From positions 5,332,001-5,396,000 of the forward strand of contig OZ059896.1 in the NCBI GenBank assembly GCA_964057225.1: DNA of 64,000 nt. Reading direction: 5' to 3'. Positions 28,613 to 45,040 of the stretch are shown piece after piece (position 1 is the stretch's first letter; the number at the start of each line of letters is the position of its first letter). A program made the translations under genes and the position numbers. Source of the DNA: Auanema rhodensis. Its lineage: Eukaryota; Animalia; Nematoda. The notes under the pieces were generated by a model. It was not told the DNA's origin. It saw only the letters and a program-made list of their open reading frames with translations, and did no database searches.

Positions 28613-31600
28613 TACATTTAATTAGCATAAATTAAAGTTCACGTAAATTTCAAAGTCATGGTTACCATGAACCAATATCAATAAAAATTTGTTTTTAGAC
28701 TAATATGGACATGGGGAATCTAATTTCGAAAACCGCATCTATTTATCTTTCACGTGAAGCGAGTTACATACCAAGTGCACATCACGTGTACATTAAATTG
28801 GCATAAATTAAAGTTCACGTAAATTTCAAAGTCATGGTTACCATGAACCAATATCAATAAAAATTTGTTTTTAGACTAATTTGGACATGGGGAATCTAAT
28901 TTTGAAAACCGCATCTATTTATCTTTCACGTGAAGCGAGTTACATACCAAGTGCACATCACGTGTACATTTAATTAGCATAAATTAAAGTTCACGTAAAT
29001 TTCAAAGTCATGGTTACCATGAACCAATGTCAATAAAAATTTGTTTTTAGACTAATATGGACATGGGGAATCTAATTTTGAAAACCGCATCTCTTTATTT
29101 TTCACGTGAAGCGAGTTACATACCAAGTGCACATCACGTGTACATTTAATTAGCATAAATTAAAGTTCACGTAAATTTCAAAGTCATGGTTACCATGAAC
29201 CAATATCAATAAAAATTTGTTTTTAGACTAATATGGACATGGGGAATCTAATTTCGAAAACCGCATCTATTTATCTTTCACGTGAAGCGAGTTACATACC
29301 AAGTGCACATCACGTGTACAATTAATTAGCATAAATTAAAGTTCACGTAAATTTCAAAGTCATGGTTACCATGCACCAATATCAATAAAAATTTGTTTTT
29401 AGACTAATATGGACATGGGGAATCTAATTTTGAAAACCGCATCTCTTTATCTCTCACGTGAAGCGAGTTACATACCAAGGGCACATCACGTGTACATTTA
29501 ATTAGCATTAATTAAAGTTCACGTAAATTTCAAAGTCATGGTTACCATGAACCAATATCAATAAAAATTTGTTTTTAGACTAATTTGGACATGGGGAATC
29601 TAATTTTGAAAACCGCATCTATTTATCTTTCACGTGAAGCGAGTTACATACCAAGTGCACATCACGTGTACATTTAATTAGCATAAATTAAAGTTCACGT
29701 AAATTTCAAAGTCATGGTTACCATGAACCAATATCAATAAAAATTTGTTTTTAGACTAATATGGACATGGGGAATCTAATTTCGAAAACCGCATCTATTT
29801 ATCTTTCACGTGAAGCGAGTTACATACCAAGTGCACATCACGTGTACATTTATTTAGCATAAATTAAAGTTCACGTAAATTTCAAAGTCATGGTTACCAT
29901 GAACCAATATCAATAAAAATTTGTTTTTAGACTAGTTTGGACATGGGGAATCTAATTTTGAAAACCGCATCTATTTATCTTTCACGTGAAGCGAGTTACA
30001 TACCAAGTGCACATCACGTGTACATTTAATTAGCATAAATTAAAGTTCACGTAAATTTCAAAGTCATGGTTACCATGAACCAATATCAATAAAAATTTGT
30101 TTTTAGACTAATATGGACATGGGGAATCTAATTTTGGAAACCGCATCTCTTTATCTTTCACGTGAAGCGAGTTACATACCAAGTGCACATCACGTGTACA
30201 TTTAATTAGCATAAATTAAAGTTCACGTAAATTTCAAAGTCATGGTTACCATGAACCAATATCAATAAAAATTTGTTTTTAGACTAATATGGACATGGGG
30301 AATCTAATTTCGCAAACCGCATCTATTTATCTTTCACGTGAAGCGAGTTACATACCAAGTGCACATCACGTGTACATTTAATTAGCATAAATTAAAGTTC
30401 ACGTAAATTTCAAAGTCATGGTTACCATGAACCAATATCAATAAAAATTTGTTTTTAGACTAATATGGACATGGGGAATCTAATTTCGAAAACCGCATCT
30501 ATTTATCTTTCACGTGAAGCGAGTTACATACCAAGTGCACATCACGTGTACATTAAATTAGCATAAATTAAAGTTCACGTAAATTTCAAAGTCATGGTTA
30601 CCATGAACCAATATCAATAAAAATTTGTTTTTAGACTAATTTGGACATGGGGAATCTAATTTTGAAAACCGCATCTATTTATCTTTCACGTGAAGCGAGT
30701 TACATACCAAGTGCACATCACGTGTACATTTAATTAGCATAAATTAAAGTTCACGTAAATTTCAAAGTCATGGTTACCATGAACCAATGTCAATAAAAAT
30801 TTGTTTTTAGACTAATATGGACATGGGGAATCTAATTTTGAAAACCGCATCTCTTTATTTTTCACGTGAAGCGAGTTACATACCAAGTGCCCATCACGTG
30901 TACATTTAATTAGCATAAATTAAAGTTCACGTAAATTTCAAAGTCATGGTTACCATGAACCAATATCAATAAAAATTTGTTTTTAGACTAATATGGACAT
31001 GGGGAATCTAATTTCGAAAACCGCATCTATTTATCTTTCACGTGAAGAGAGTTACATACCAAGTGCACATCACGTGTACAATTAATTAGCATAAATTAAA
31101 GTTCACGTAAATTTCAAAGTCATGGTTACCATGCACCAATATCAATAAAAATTTGTTTTTAGACTAATATGGACATGGGGAATCTAATTTTGAAAACCGC
31201 ATCTCTTTATCTCTCACGTGAAGCGAGTTACATACCAAGGGCACATCACGTGTACATTTAATTAGCATTAATTAAAGTTCACGTAAATTTCAAAGTCATG
31301 GTTATCATGAACCAATATCAATAAAAATTTGTTTGTGAACTAATATGGACATGGGGAATCTAATTTTGAAAACCGCATCTCTTCATCTTTCACGTGAAGC
31401 GAGTTACATACCAAGTGCACATCACGTGTACATTTAATTAGCATAAATTAAAGTTCACGTAAATTTCAAAGTCATGGTTACCATGAACCAATGTCAATAA
31501 AAATTTGTTTTTAGACTAATATGGACATGGGGAATCTAATTTTGAAAACCGCATCTCTTTATTTTTCACGTGAAGCGAGTTACATACCAAGTGCACATCA

Positions 31601-34600
31601 CGTGTACATTTAATTAGCATAAATTAAAGTTCACGTAAATTTCAAAGTCATGGTTACCATGCACCAATATCAATAAAAATTTGTTTTTAGACTAATATGG
31701 ACATGAGGAATCTAATTGTGAAAACCGCATCTCTTTATCTTTCACGTGAAGCGAGTTACATACCAAGTGCACATCACGTGTACATTTAATTAGCATAAAT
31801 TAAAGTTCACGTAAATTTCAAAGTCATGGTTACCATGAACCAATATCAATAAAAATTTGTTTTTAGACTAATATGGACATGGGGAATCTAATTTTGAAAA
31901 CCGCATCTCTTTATCTTTCACGTGAAGCGAGTTACATACCAAGTGCACATCACGTGTACATTAAATTAGCATAAATTAAAGTTCACGTAAATTTCAAAGT
32001 TGTGGTTACCATGAACCAATATCAATAAAAATTTGTTTTTAGACTAATTTGGACATGGGGAATCTAATTTTGAAAATCGCATCTCTTCATCTTTCACGTG
32101 AAGCGAGTTACATACCAAGTGCACATCACGTGTACATTTAATTAGCATAAATTAAAGTTCACGTAAATTTCAAAGTCATGGTTACCATGAACCAATGTCA
32201 ATAAAAATTTGTTTTTAGACTAATATGGACATGGGGAATCTAATTTTGAAAACCGCATCTCTTTATCTTTCACGTGAAGCGAGTTACATACCAAGTGCCC
32301 ATCACGTGTACATTAAATTAGCATAAATTAAAGTTCACGTAAATTTCAAAGTCATGGTTACCATGAACCAATATCAATAAAAATTTGTTTTTAGACTAAT
32401 TTGGACATGGGGAATCTAATTTTGAAAACCGCATCTCTTCATCTTTCACGTGAAGCGAGTTACATACCAAGTGCACATCACGTGTACATTTAATTAGCAT
32501 AAATTAAAGTTCACGTAAATTTCAAAGTCATGGTTACCATGAACCAATATCAATAAAAATTTGTTTTTAGACTAATTTGGACATGGGGAATCTAATTTTG
32601 AAAACCGCATCTCTTCATCTTTCACGTGAAGCGAGTTACATACCAAGTGCACATCACGTGTACATTTAATTAGCATAAATTAAAGTTCACGTAAATTTCA
32701 AAGTCATGGTTACCATGAACCAATGTCAATAAAAATTTGTTTTTAGACTAATATGGACATGGGGAATCTAATTTTGAAAACCGCATCTATTCATCTTTCA
32801 CGTGAAGCGAGTTACATACCAAGTGCACATCACGTGTACATTTAATTAGCATAAATTAAAGTTCACGTAAATTTCAAAGTCATGGTTACCATGAACCAAT
32901 ATCAATAAAAATTTGTTTGTGAACTAATATGGACATGGGGAATCTAATTTTGGAAACCGCATCTCTTCATCTTTCACGTGAAGCGAGTTACATACCAAGT
33001 GCACATCACGTGTACATTTAATTAGCATAAATTAAAGTTCACGTAAATTTCAAAGTCATGGTTACCATGAACCAATATCAATAAAAAATTTGTTTTTAGA
33101 CTAATATGGACATGGGGAATCTAATTTCGAAAACCGCATGTATTCATCTTTCACGTGAAGCGAGTTACATACCAAGTGCACATCACGTGTACATTTAATT
33201 AGCATAAATTAAAGTTCACGTAAATTTCAAAGTCATGGTTACCATGAACCAATATCAATAAAAATTTGTTTTTGAACTAATATGGACATGGGGAATCTAA
33301 TTTTGGAAACCGCATCTCTTCATCTTTCACGTGAAGCGAGTTACATACCAAGTGCACATCACGTGTACAATTAATTAGCATAAATTAAAGTTCACGTAAA
33401 TTTCAAAGTCATGGTTACCATGCACCAATATCAATAAAAATTTGTTTTTAGACTAATATGGACATGGGGAATCTAATTTTGAAAACCGCATCTCTTTATC
33501 TCTCACGTGAAGCGAGTTACATACCAAGTGCACATCACGTGTACATTTAATTAGCATTAATTAAAGTTCACGTAAATTTCAAAGTCATGGTTACCATGAA
33601 CCAATGTCAATAAAAATTTGTTTTTAGACTAATATGGACATGGGGAATCTAATTTTGAAAACCGCATCTCTTCATCTTTCACGTGAAGCGAGTTACATAC
33701 CAAGTGCACATCACGTGTACATTTAATTAGCATAAATTAAAGTTCACGTAAATTTCAAAGTCATGGTTACCATGAACCAATATCAATAAAAATTTGTTTT
33801 TAGACTAATATGGACATGGGGAATCTAATTTCGAAAACCGCATCTATTCATCTTTCACGTGAAGCGAGTTACATACCAAGTGCACATCACGTGTACATTT
33901 AATTAGCATAAATTAAAGTTCACGTAAATTTTAAAGTCATGGTTACCATGAACCAATATCAATAAAAATTTGTTTTTAGACTAATATGGACATGGGGAAT
34001 CTAATTTCGAAAACCGCATCTATTCATCTTTCACGTGAAGCGAGTTACATACCAAGTGCACATCACGTGTACATTTAATTAGCATAAATTAAAGTTCACG
34101 TAAATTTCAAAGTCATGGTTACCATGAACCAATATCAATAAAAATTTGTTTTTAGACTAATATGGACATGGGGAATCTAATTTTGAAAACCGCATCTCTT
34201 TATCTTTCACGTGAAGCGAGTTACATACCAAGTGCACATCACGTGTACATTAAATTAGCATAAATTAAAGTTCACGTAAATTTCAAAGTCATGGTTACCA
34301 TGAACCAATATCAATAAAAATTTGTTTTTAGACTAATTTGGACATGGGGAATCTAATTTTGAAAACCGCATCTCTTCATCTTTCACGTGAAGCGAGTTAC
34401 ATACCGAGTGCACATCACGTGTACATTTAATTAGCATAAATTAAAGTTCACGTAAATTTCAAAGTCATGGTTACCATGAACCAATGTCAATAAAAATTTG
34501 TTTTTAGACTAATATGGACATGGGGAATCTAATTTTGAAAACCGCATCTCTTCATCTTTCACGTGAAGCGAGTTACATACCAAGTGCACATCACGTGTAC

Positions 34601-37600
34601 ATTTAATTAGCATAAATTAAAGTTCACGTAAATTTCAAAGTCATGGTTACCATGAACCAATATCAATAAAAATTTGTTTTTAGACTAATATGGACATGGG
34701 GAATCTAATTTCGAAAACCGCATCTATTCATCTTTCACGTGAAGCGAGTTACATACCAAGTGCACATCACGTGTACATTTAATTAGCATAAATTAAAGTT
34801 CACGTAAATTTCAAAGTCATGGTTACCATGAACCAATATCAATAAAAATTTGTTTGTGAACTAATATGGACATGGGGAATCTAATTTTGGAAACCGCATC
34901 TCTTCATCTTTCACGTGAAGCGAGTTACATACCAAGTGCACATCACGTGTACATTTAATTAGCATAAATTAAAGTTCACGTAAATTTCAAAGTCATGGTT
35001 ACCATGAACCAATATCAATAAAAAATTTGTTTTTAGACTAATATGGACATGGGGAATCTAATTTCGAAAACCGCATGTATTCATCTTTCACGTGAAGCGA
35101 GTTACATACCAAGTGCACATCACGTGTACATTTAATTAGCATAAATTAAAGTTCACGTAAATTTCAAAGTCATGGTTACCATGAACCAATATCAATAAAA
35201 ATTTGTTTGTGAACTAATATGGACATGGGGAATCTAATTTTGGAAACCGCATCTCTTCATCTTTCACGTGAAGCGAGTTACATACCAAGTGCACATCACG
35301 TGTACAATTAATTAGCATAAATTAAAGTTCACGTAAATTTCAAAGTCATGGTTACCATGCACCAATATCAATAAAAATTTGTTTTTAGACTAATATGGAC
35401 ATGGGGAATCTAATTTTGAAAACCGCATCTCTTTATCTCTCACGTGAAGCGAGTTACATACCAAGGGCACATCACGTGTACATTTAATTAGCATTAATTA
35501 AAGTTCACGTAAATTTCAAAGTCATGGTTACCATGAACCAATATCAATAAAAATTTGTTTGTGAACAAATATGGACATGGGGAATCTAATTTTGAAAACC
35601 GCATCTCTTTATTTTTCACGTGAAGCGAGTTACATACCAAGTGCACATCACGTGTACATTTAATTAGCATAAATTAAAGTTCACGTAAATTTCAAAGTCA
35701 TGGTTACCATGAACCAATATCAATAAAAATTTGTTTGTGAACAAATATGGACATGGGGAATCTAATTTTGAAAACCGCATCTCTTTATTTTTCACGTGAA
35801 GCGAGTTACATACCAAGTGCACATCACGTGTACATTTAATTAGCATAAATTAAAGTTCACGTAAATTTCAAAGTCATGGTTACCATGAACCAATATCAAT
35901 AAAAATTTGTTTTTAGACTAATTTGGACATGGGGAATCTAATTTTGAAAACCGCATCTATTTATCTTTCACGTGAAGCGAGTTACATACCAAGTGCACAT
36001 CACGTGTACATTTAATTAGCATAAATTAAAGTTCACGTAAATTTCAAAGTCATGGTTACCATGAACCAATATCAATAAAAATTTGTTTTTAGACTAATAT
36101 GGACATGGGGAATCTAATTTTGAAAACCGCATCTCTTCATCTTTCACGTGAAGCGAGTTACATACCAAGTGCACATCACGTGTACAATTAATTAGCATAA
36201 ATTAAAGTTCACGTAAATTTCAAAGTCATGGTTACCATGCACCAATATCAATAAAAATTTGTTTTTAGACTAATATGGACATGGGGAATCTAATTTCGAA
36301 AACCGCATCTATTCATCTTTCACGTGAAGCGAGTTACATACCAAGTGCACATCACGTGTACATTTAATTAGCATAAATTAAAGTTCACGTAAATTTCAAA
36401 GTCATGGTTACCATGAACCAATATCAATAAAAATTTGTTTGTGAACTAATATGGACATGGGGAATCTAATTTTGGAAACCGCATCTCTTCATCTTTCACG
36501 TGAAGCGAGTTACATACCAAGTGCACATCACGTGTACAATTAATTAGCATAAATTAAAGTTCACGTAAATTTCAAAGTCATGGTTACCATGCACCAATAT
36601 CAATAAAAATTTGTTTTTAGACTAATATGGACATGGGGAATCTAATTTTGAAAACCGCATCTCTTTATCTCTCAGGTGAAGCGAGTTACATACCAAGTGC
36701 ACATCACGTGTACAATTAATTAGCATAAATTAAAGTTCACGTAAATTTCAAAGTCATGGTTACCATGCACCAATATCAATAAAAATTTGTTTTTAGACTA
36801 ATATGGACATGGGGAATCTAACTTTGAAAACCGCATCTCTTTATCTCTCACGTGAAGCGAGTTACATACCACGGGCACATCACGTGTACATTTAATTAGC
36901 ATAAATTAAAGTTCACGTAAATTTCAAAGTCATGGTTACCATGCACCAATATCAATAAAAATTTGTTTTTAGACTAATATGGACATGGGGAATCTAATTT
37001 TGAAAACCGCATCTCTTTATCTTTCACGTGAAGCGAGTTACATACCAAGTGCACATCACGTGTACATTTAATTAGCATAAATTAAAGTTCACGTAAATTT
37101 CAAAGTCATGGTTACCATGAACCAATATCAATAAAAATTTGTTTTTAGACTAATATGGATATGGGGAATCTAATTTTGAAAACCGCATCTCTTTATCTTT
37201 CACGTGAAGCGAGTTACATACCAAGTGCACATCACGTGTACATTTAATTAGCATTAATTAAAGTTCACGTAAATTTCAAAGTCATGGTTACCATGAACCA
37301 ATATCAATAAAAATTTGTTTGTGAACTAATATGGACATGGGGAATCTAATTTTGAAAACCGCATCTCTTCATCTTTCACGTGAAGCGAGTTACATACCAA
37401 GTGCACATCACGTGTACATTTAATTAGCATAAATTAAAGTTCACGTAAATTTCAAAGTCATGGTTACCATGCACCAATATCAATAAAAATTTGTTTTTAG
37501 ACTAATATGGACATGGGGAATCTAATTTTGAAAACCGCATCTCTTTATCTCTCACGTGAAGAGAGTTACATACCAAGGGCACATCACGTGTACATTTAAT

Positions 37601-39769
37601 TAGCATTAATTAAAGTTCACGTAAATTTCAAAGTCATGGTTACCATGAACCAATATCAATAAAAATTTGTTTGTGAACTAATATGGACATGGGGAATCTA
37701 ATTTTGAAAACCGCATCTCTTCATCTTTCACGTGAAGCGAGTTACATACCAAGTGCACATCACGTGTACATTTAATTAGCATAAATTAAAGTTCACGTAA
37801 ATTTCAAAGTCATGGTTACCATGAACCAATGTCAATAAAAATTTGTTTTTAGACTAATATGGACATGGGGAATCTAATTTTGAAAACCGCATCTCTTTAT
37901 TTTTCACGTGAAGCGAGTTACATACCAAGTGCACATCACGTGTACATTTAATTAGCATAAATTAAAGTTCACGTAAATTTCAAAGTCATGGTTACCATGA
38001 ACCAATATCAATAAAAATTTGTTTTTAGACTAATTTGGACATGGGGAATCTAATTTTGAAAACCGCATCTCTTCATCTTTCACGTGAAGCGAGTTACATA
38101 CCAAGTGCACATCACGTGTACATTTAATTAGCATAAATTAAAGTTCACGTAAATTTCAAAGTCATGGTTACCATGAACCAATGTCAATAAAAATTTGTTT
38201 GTGAACTAATATGGACATGGGGAATCTAATTTTGGAAACCGCATCTCTTCATCTTTCACGTGAAGCGAGTTACATACCAAGTGCACATCACGTGTACAAT
38301 TAATTAGCATAAATTAAAGTTCACGTAAATTTCAAAGTCATGGTTACCATGCACCAATATCAATAAAAATTTGTTTTTAGACTAATATGGACATGGGGAA
38401 TCTAATTTTGAAAACCGCATCTCTTTATCTCTCAGGTGAAGTGAGTTACATACCAAGTGCACATCACGTGTACAATTAATTAGCATAAATTAAAGTTCAC
38501 GTAAATTTCAAAGTCATGGTTACCATGCACCAATATCAATAAAAATTTGTTTTTAGACTAATATGGACATGGGGAATCTAACTTTGAAAACCGCATCTCT
38601 TTATCTCTCACGTGAAGCGAGTTACATACCAAGGGCACATCACGTGTACATTTAATTAGCATAAATTAAAGTTCACGTAAATTTCAAAGTCATGGTTACC
38701 ATGCACCAATATCAATAAAAATTTGTTTTTAGACTAATATGGACATGGGGAATCTAATTTTGAAAACCGCATCTCTTTATCTTTCACGTGAAGCGAGTTA
38801 CATACCAAGTGCACATCACGTGTACATTTAATTAGCATAAATTAAAGTTCACGTAAATTTCAAAGTCATGGTTACCATGCACCAATATCAATAAAAATTT
38901 GTTTTTAGACTAATATGGACATGGGGAATCTATTTTTGAAAACCGCATCTCTTTATCTTTCACGTGAAGCGAGTTACATACCAAGTGCACATCACGTGTA
39001 CATTTAATTAGCATAAATTAAAGTTCACGTAAATTTCAAAGTCATGGTTACCATGCACCAATATCAATAAAAATTTGTTTTTAGACTAATATGGACATGG
39101 GGAATCTAATTTTGAAAACCGCATCTCTTTATCTTTCACGTGAAGCGAGTTACATACCAAGTGCACATCACGTGTACATTTAATTAGCATAAATTAAAGT
39201 TCACGTAAATTTCAAAGTCATGGTTACCATGAACCAATATCAATAAAAATTTGTTTTTAGACTAATATGGACATGGGGAATCTAATTTTGAAAACCGCAT
39301 CTCTTTATCTTTCACGTGAAGCGAGTTACATACCAAGTGAACATCACGTGTACATTTAATTAGCATTAATTAAAGTTCACGTAAATTTCAAAGTCATGGT
39401 TACCATGAACCAATATCAATAAAAATTTGGTTGTGAACTAATATGGACATGGGGAATCTAATTTTGAAAACCGCATCTCTTCATCTTTCACGTGAAGCGA
39501 GTTACATACCAAGTGCACATCACGTGTACATTTAATTAGCATAAATTAAAGTTCACGTAAATTTCAAAGTCATGGTTACCATGCACCAATATCAATAAAA
39601 ATTTGTTTTTAGACTAATATGGACATGGGGAATCTAATTTTGAAAACCGCATCTCTTTATCTCTCACGTGAAGCGAGTTACATACCAAGGGCACATCACG
39701 TGTACATTTAATTAGCATTAATTAAAGTTCACGTAAATTTCAAAGTCATGGTTACCATGAACCAATATC

Positions 39770-42700
39770 AATAAAAATTTGTTTGTGAACTAATATGGAC
39801 ATGGGGAATCTAATTTTGAAAACCGCATCTCTTCATCTTTCACGTGAAGCGAGTTACATACCAAGTGCACATCACGTGTACATTTAATTAGCATAAATTA
39901 AAGTTCACGTAAATTTCAAAGTCATGGTTACCATGAACCAATGTCAATAAAAATTTGTTTTTAGACTAATATGGACATGGGGAATCTAATTTTGAAAACC
40001 GCATCTCTTTATTTTTCACGTGAAGCGAGTTACATACCAAGTGCACATCACGTGTACATTTAATTAGCATAAATTAAAGTTCACGTAAATTTCAAAGTCA
40101 TGGTTACCATGAACCAATATCAATAAAAATTTGTTTTTAGACTAATTTGGACATGGGGAATCTAATTTTGAAAACCGCATCTCTTCATCTTTCACGTGAA
40201 GCGAGTTACATACCAAGTGCACATCACGTGTACATTTAATTAGCATAAATTAAAGTTCACGTAAATTTCAAAGTCATGGTTACCATGAACCAATGTCAAT
40301 AAAAATTTGTTTGTGAACTAATATGGACATGGGGAATCTAATTTTGGAAACCGCATCTCTTCATCTTTCACGTGAAGCGAGTTACATACCAAGTGCACAT
40401 CACGTGTACAATTAATTAGCATAAATTAAAGTTCACGTAAATTTCAAAGTCATGGTTACCATGCACCAATATCAATAAAAATTTGTTTTTAGACTAATAT
40501 GGACATGGGGAATCTAACTTTGAAAACCGCATCTCTTTATCTCTCACGTGAAGCGAGTTACATACCAAGGGCACATCACGTGTACATTTAATTAGCATAA
40601 ATTAAAGTTCACGTAAATTTCAAAGTCATGGTTACCATGCACCAATATCAATAAAAATTTGTTTTTAGACTAATATGGACATGGGGAATCTAACTTTGAA
40701 AACCGCATCTCTTTATCTCTCACGTGAAGCGAGTTACATACCAAGGGCACATCACGTGTACATTTAATTAGCATAAATTAAAGTTCACGTAAATTTCAAA
40801 GTCATGGTTACCATGCACCAATATCAATAAAAATTTGTTTTTAGACTAATATGGACATGGGGAATCTAATTTTGAAAACCGCATCTCTTTATCTTTCACG
40901 TGAAGCGAGTTACATACCAAGTGCACATCACGTGTACATTTAATTAGCATAAATTAAAGTTCACGTAAATTTCAAAGTCATGGTTACCATGAACCAATAT
41001 CAATAAAAATTTGTTTTTAGACTAATATGGACATGGGGAATCTAATTTTGAAAACCGCATCTCTTTATCTTTCACGTGAAGCGAGTTACATACCAAGTGC
41101 ACATCACGTGTACATTTAATTAGCATTAATTAAAGTTCACGTAAATTTCAAAGTCATGGTTACCATGAACCAATATCAATAAAAATTTGTTTTTAGACTA
41201 ATATGGACATGGGGAATCTGATTTTGAAAACCGCATCTCTTTATCTCTCACGTGAAGCGAGTTACATACCAAGTGCACATCACGTGTACATTTAATTAGC
41301 ATAAATTAAAGTTCACGTAAATTTCAAAGTCATGGTTACCATGAACCAATATCAATAAAAATTTGTTTTTAGACTAATTTGGACATGGGGAATCTAATTT
41401 TAAAAACCGCATCTCTTCATCTTTCACGTGAAGCGAGTTACATACCAAGTGCACATCACGTGTACATTTAATTAGCATAAATTAAAGTTCACGTAAATTT
41501 CAAAGTCATGGTTACCATGAACCAATGTCAATAAAAATTTGTTTGTGAACTAATATGGACATGGGGAATCTAATTTTGGAAACCGCATCTCTTCATCTTT
41601 CACGTGAAGCGAGTTACATACCGAGTGCACATCACGTGTACATTTAATTAGCATAAATTAAAGTTCACGTAAATTTCAAAGTCATGGTTACCATGAACCA
41701 ATATCAATAAAAATTTGTTTTTAGACTAATATGGACATGGGGAATCTAATTTTGGAAACCGCATCTCTTTATCTTTCACGTGAAGCGAGTTACATACCAA
41801 GTGCACATCACGTGTACATTTAATTAGCATAAATTAAAGTTCACGTAAATTTCAAAGTCATGGTTACCATGAACCAATATCAATAAAAATTTGTTTTTAG
41901 ACTAATATGGACATGGGGAATCTAATTTCGAAAACCGCATCTATTTATCTTTCACGTGAAGCGAGTTACATACCAAGGGCACATCACGTGTACATTTAAT
42001 TAGCATAAATTAAAGTTCACGTAAATTTCAAAGTCATGGTTACCATGAACCAATGTCAATAAAAATTTGTTTTTAGACTAATATGGACATGGGGAATCTA
42101 ATTTTGAAAACCGCATCTCTTCATCTTTCACGTGAAGCGAGTTACATACCAAGTGCACATCACGTGTACATTTAATTAGCATAAATTAAAGTTCACGTAA
42201 ATTTCAAAGTCATGGTTACCATGCACCAATATCAATAAAAATTTGTTTTTAGACTAATATGGACATGGGGAATCTAATTTTGAAAACCGCATCTCTTCAT
42301 CTTTCACGTGAAGCGAGTTACATACCAAGTGCACATCACGTGTACATTTAATTAGCATAAATTAAAGTTCACGTAAATTTCAAAGTCATGGTTACCATGA
42401 ACCAATGTCAATAAAAATTTGTTTTTAGACTAATATGGACATGGGGAATCTAATTTTGAAAACCGCATCTCTTCATCTTTCACGTGAAGCGAGTTACATA
42501 CCAAGTGCACATCACGTGTACATTTAATTAGCATAAATTAAAGTTCACGTAAATTTCAAAGTCATGGTTACCATGAACCAATATCAATAAAAATTTGTTT
42601 TTAGACTAATATGGACATGGGGAATCTAATTTCGAAAACCGCATCTATTCATCTTTCACGTGAAGCGAGTTACATACCAAGTGCACATCACGTGTACATT

Positions 42701-45040
42701 TAATTAGCATAAATTAAAGTTCACGTAAATTTCAAAGTCATGGTTACCATGAACCAATGTCAATAAAAATTTGTTTGTGAACTAATATGGACATGGGGAA
42801 TCTAATTTTGAAAACCGCATCTCTTCATCTTTCACGTGAAGCGAGTTACATACCAAGTGCACATCACGTGTACATTTAATTAGCATAAATTAAAGTTCAC
42901 GTAAATTTCAAAGTCATGGTTACCATGAACCAATGTCAATAAAAATTTGTTTTTAGACTAATATGGACATGGGGAATCTAATTTTGAAAACCGCATCTCT
43001 TTATTTTTCACGTGAAGCGAGTTACATACCAAGTGCACATCACGTGTACATTTAATTAGCATAAATTAAAGTTCACGTAAATTTCAAAGTCATGGTTACC
43101 ATGAACCAATATCAATAAAAATTTGTTTTTAGACTAATTTGGACATGGGGAATCTAATTTTGAAAACCGCATCTCTTCATCTTTCACGTGAAGCGAGTTA
43201 CATACCAAGTGCACATCACGTGTACATTTAATTAGCATAAATTAAAGTTCACGTAAATTTCAAAGTCATGGTTACCATGAACCAATGTCAATAAAAATTT
43301 GTTTGTGAACTAATATGGACATGGGGAATCTAATTTTGGAAACCGCATCTCTTCATCTTTCACGTGAAGCGAGTTACATACCAAGTGCACATCACGTGTA
43401 CAATTAATTAGCATAAATTAAAGTTCACGTAAATTTCAAAGTCATGGTTACCATGCACCAATATCAATAAAAATTTGTTTTTAGACTAATATGGACATGG
43501 GGAATCTAACTTTGAAAACCGCATCTCTTTATCTCTCACGTGAAGCGAGTTACATACCAAGGGCACATCACGTGTACATTTAATTAGCATAAATTAAAGT
43601 TCACGTAAATTTCAAAGTCATGGTTACCATGCACCAATATCAATAAAAATTTGTTTTTAGACTAATATGGACATGGGGAATCTAACTTTGAAAACCGCAT
43701 CTCTTTATCTCTCACGTGAAGCGAGTTACATACCAAGGGCACATCACGTGTACATTTAATTAGCATAAATTAAAGTTCACGTAAATTTCAAAGTCATGGT
43801 TACCATGCACCAATATCAATAAAAATTTGTTTTTAGACTAATATGGACATGGGGAATCTAATTTTGAAAACCGCATCTCTTTATCTTTCACGTGAAGCGA
43901 GTTACATACCAAGTGCACATCACGTGTACATTTAATTAGCATAAATTAAAGTTCACGTAAATTTCAAAGTCATGGTTACCATGAACCAATATCAATAAAA
44001 ATTTGTTTTTAGACTAATATGGACATGGGGAATCTAATTTTGAAAACCGCATCTCTTTATCTTTCACGTGAAGCGAGTTACATACCAAGTGCACATCACG
44101 TGTACATTTAATTAGCATTAATTAAAGTTCACGTAAATTTCAAAGTCATGGTTACCATGAACCAATATCAATAAAAATTTGTTTTTAGACTAATATGGAC
44201 ATGGGGAATCTGATTTTGAAAACCGCATCTCTTTATCTCTCACGTGAAGCGAGTTACATACCAAGTGCACATCACGTGTACATTTAATTAGCATAAATTA
44301 AAGTTCACGTAAATTTCAAAGTCATGGTTACCATGAACCAATATCAATAAAAATTTGTTTTTAGACTAATTTGGACATGGGGAATCTAATTTTAAAAACC
44401 GCATCTCTTCATCTTTCACGTGAAGCGAGTTACATACCAAGTGCACATCACGTGTACATTTAATTAGCATAAATTAAAGTTCACGTAAATTTCAAAGTCA
44501 TGGTTACCATGAACCAATGTCAATAAAAATTTGTTTGTGAACTAATATGGACATGGGGAATCTAATTTTGGAAACCGCATCTCTTCATCTTTCACGTGAA
44601 GCGAGTTACATACCGAGTGCACATCACGTGTACATTTAATTAGCATAAATTAAAGTTCACGTAAATTTCAAAGTCATGGTTACCATGAACCAATATCAAT
44701 AAAAATTTGTTTTTAGACTAATATGGACATGGGGAATCTAATTTTGGAAACCGCATCTCTTTATCTTTCACGTGAAGCGAGTTACATACCAAGTGCACAT
44801 CACGTGTACATTTAATTAGCATAAATTAAAGTTCACGTAAATTTCAAAGTCATGGTTACCATGAACCAATATCAATAAAAATTTGTTTTTAGACTAATAT
44901 GGACATGGGGAATCTAATTTCGAAAACCGCATCTATTTATCTTTCACGTGAAGCGAGTTACATACCAAGGGCACATCACGTGTACATTTAATTAGCATAA
45001 ATTAAAGTTCACGTAAATTTCAAAGTCATGGTTACCATGA
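39770..45040 (+). repeat. Segmental duplication in SatB with 17-monomer (2992 bp) offset; boundaries approximate
   Basis: Rare variants pair at 41220/44212 (ATCTGA), 41402/44394 (TTTAAAAA) and 41623/44615 (CCGAG), each exactly 2992 apart. Confidence 0.9.

Noticed and set aside
35664-35846. 60-aa minus-strand ORF
   Set aside because: Open only because a local SatB variant (GTGAACAAAT) removes a stop; spans about one monomer.
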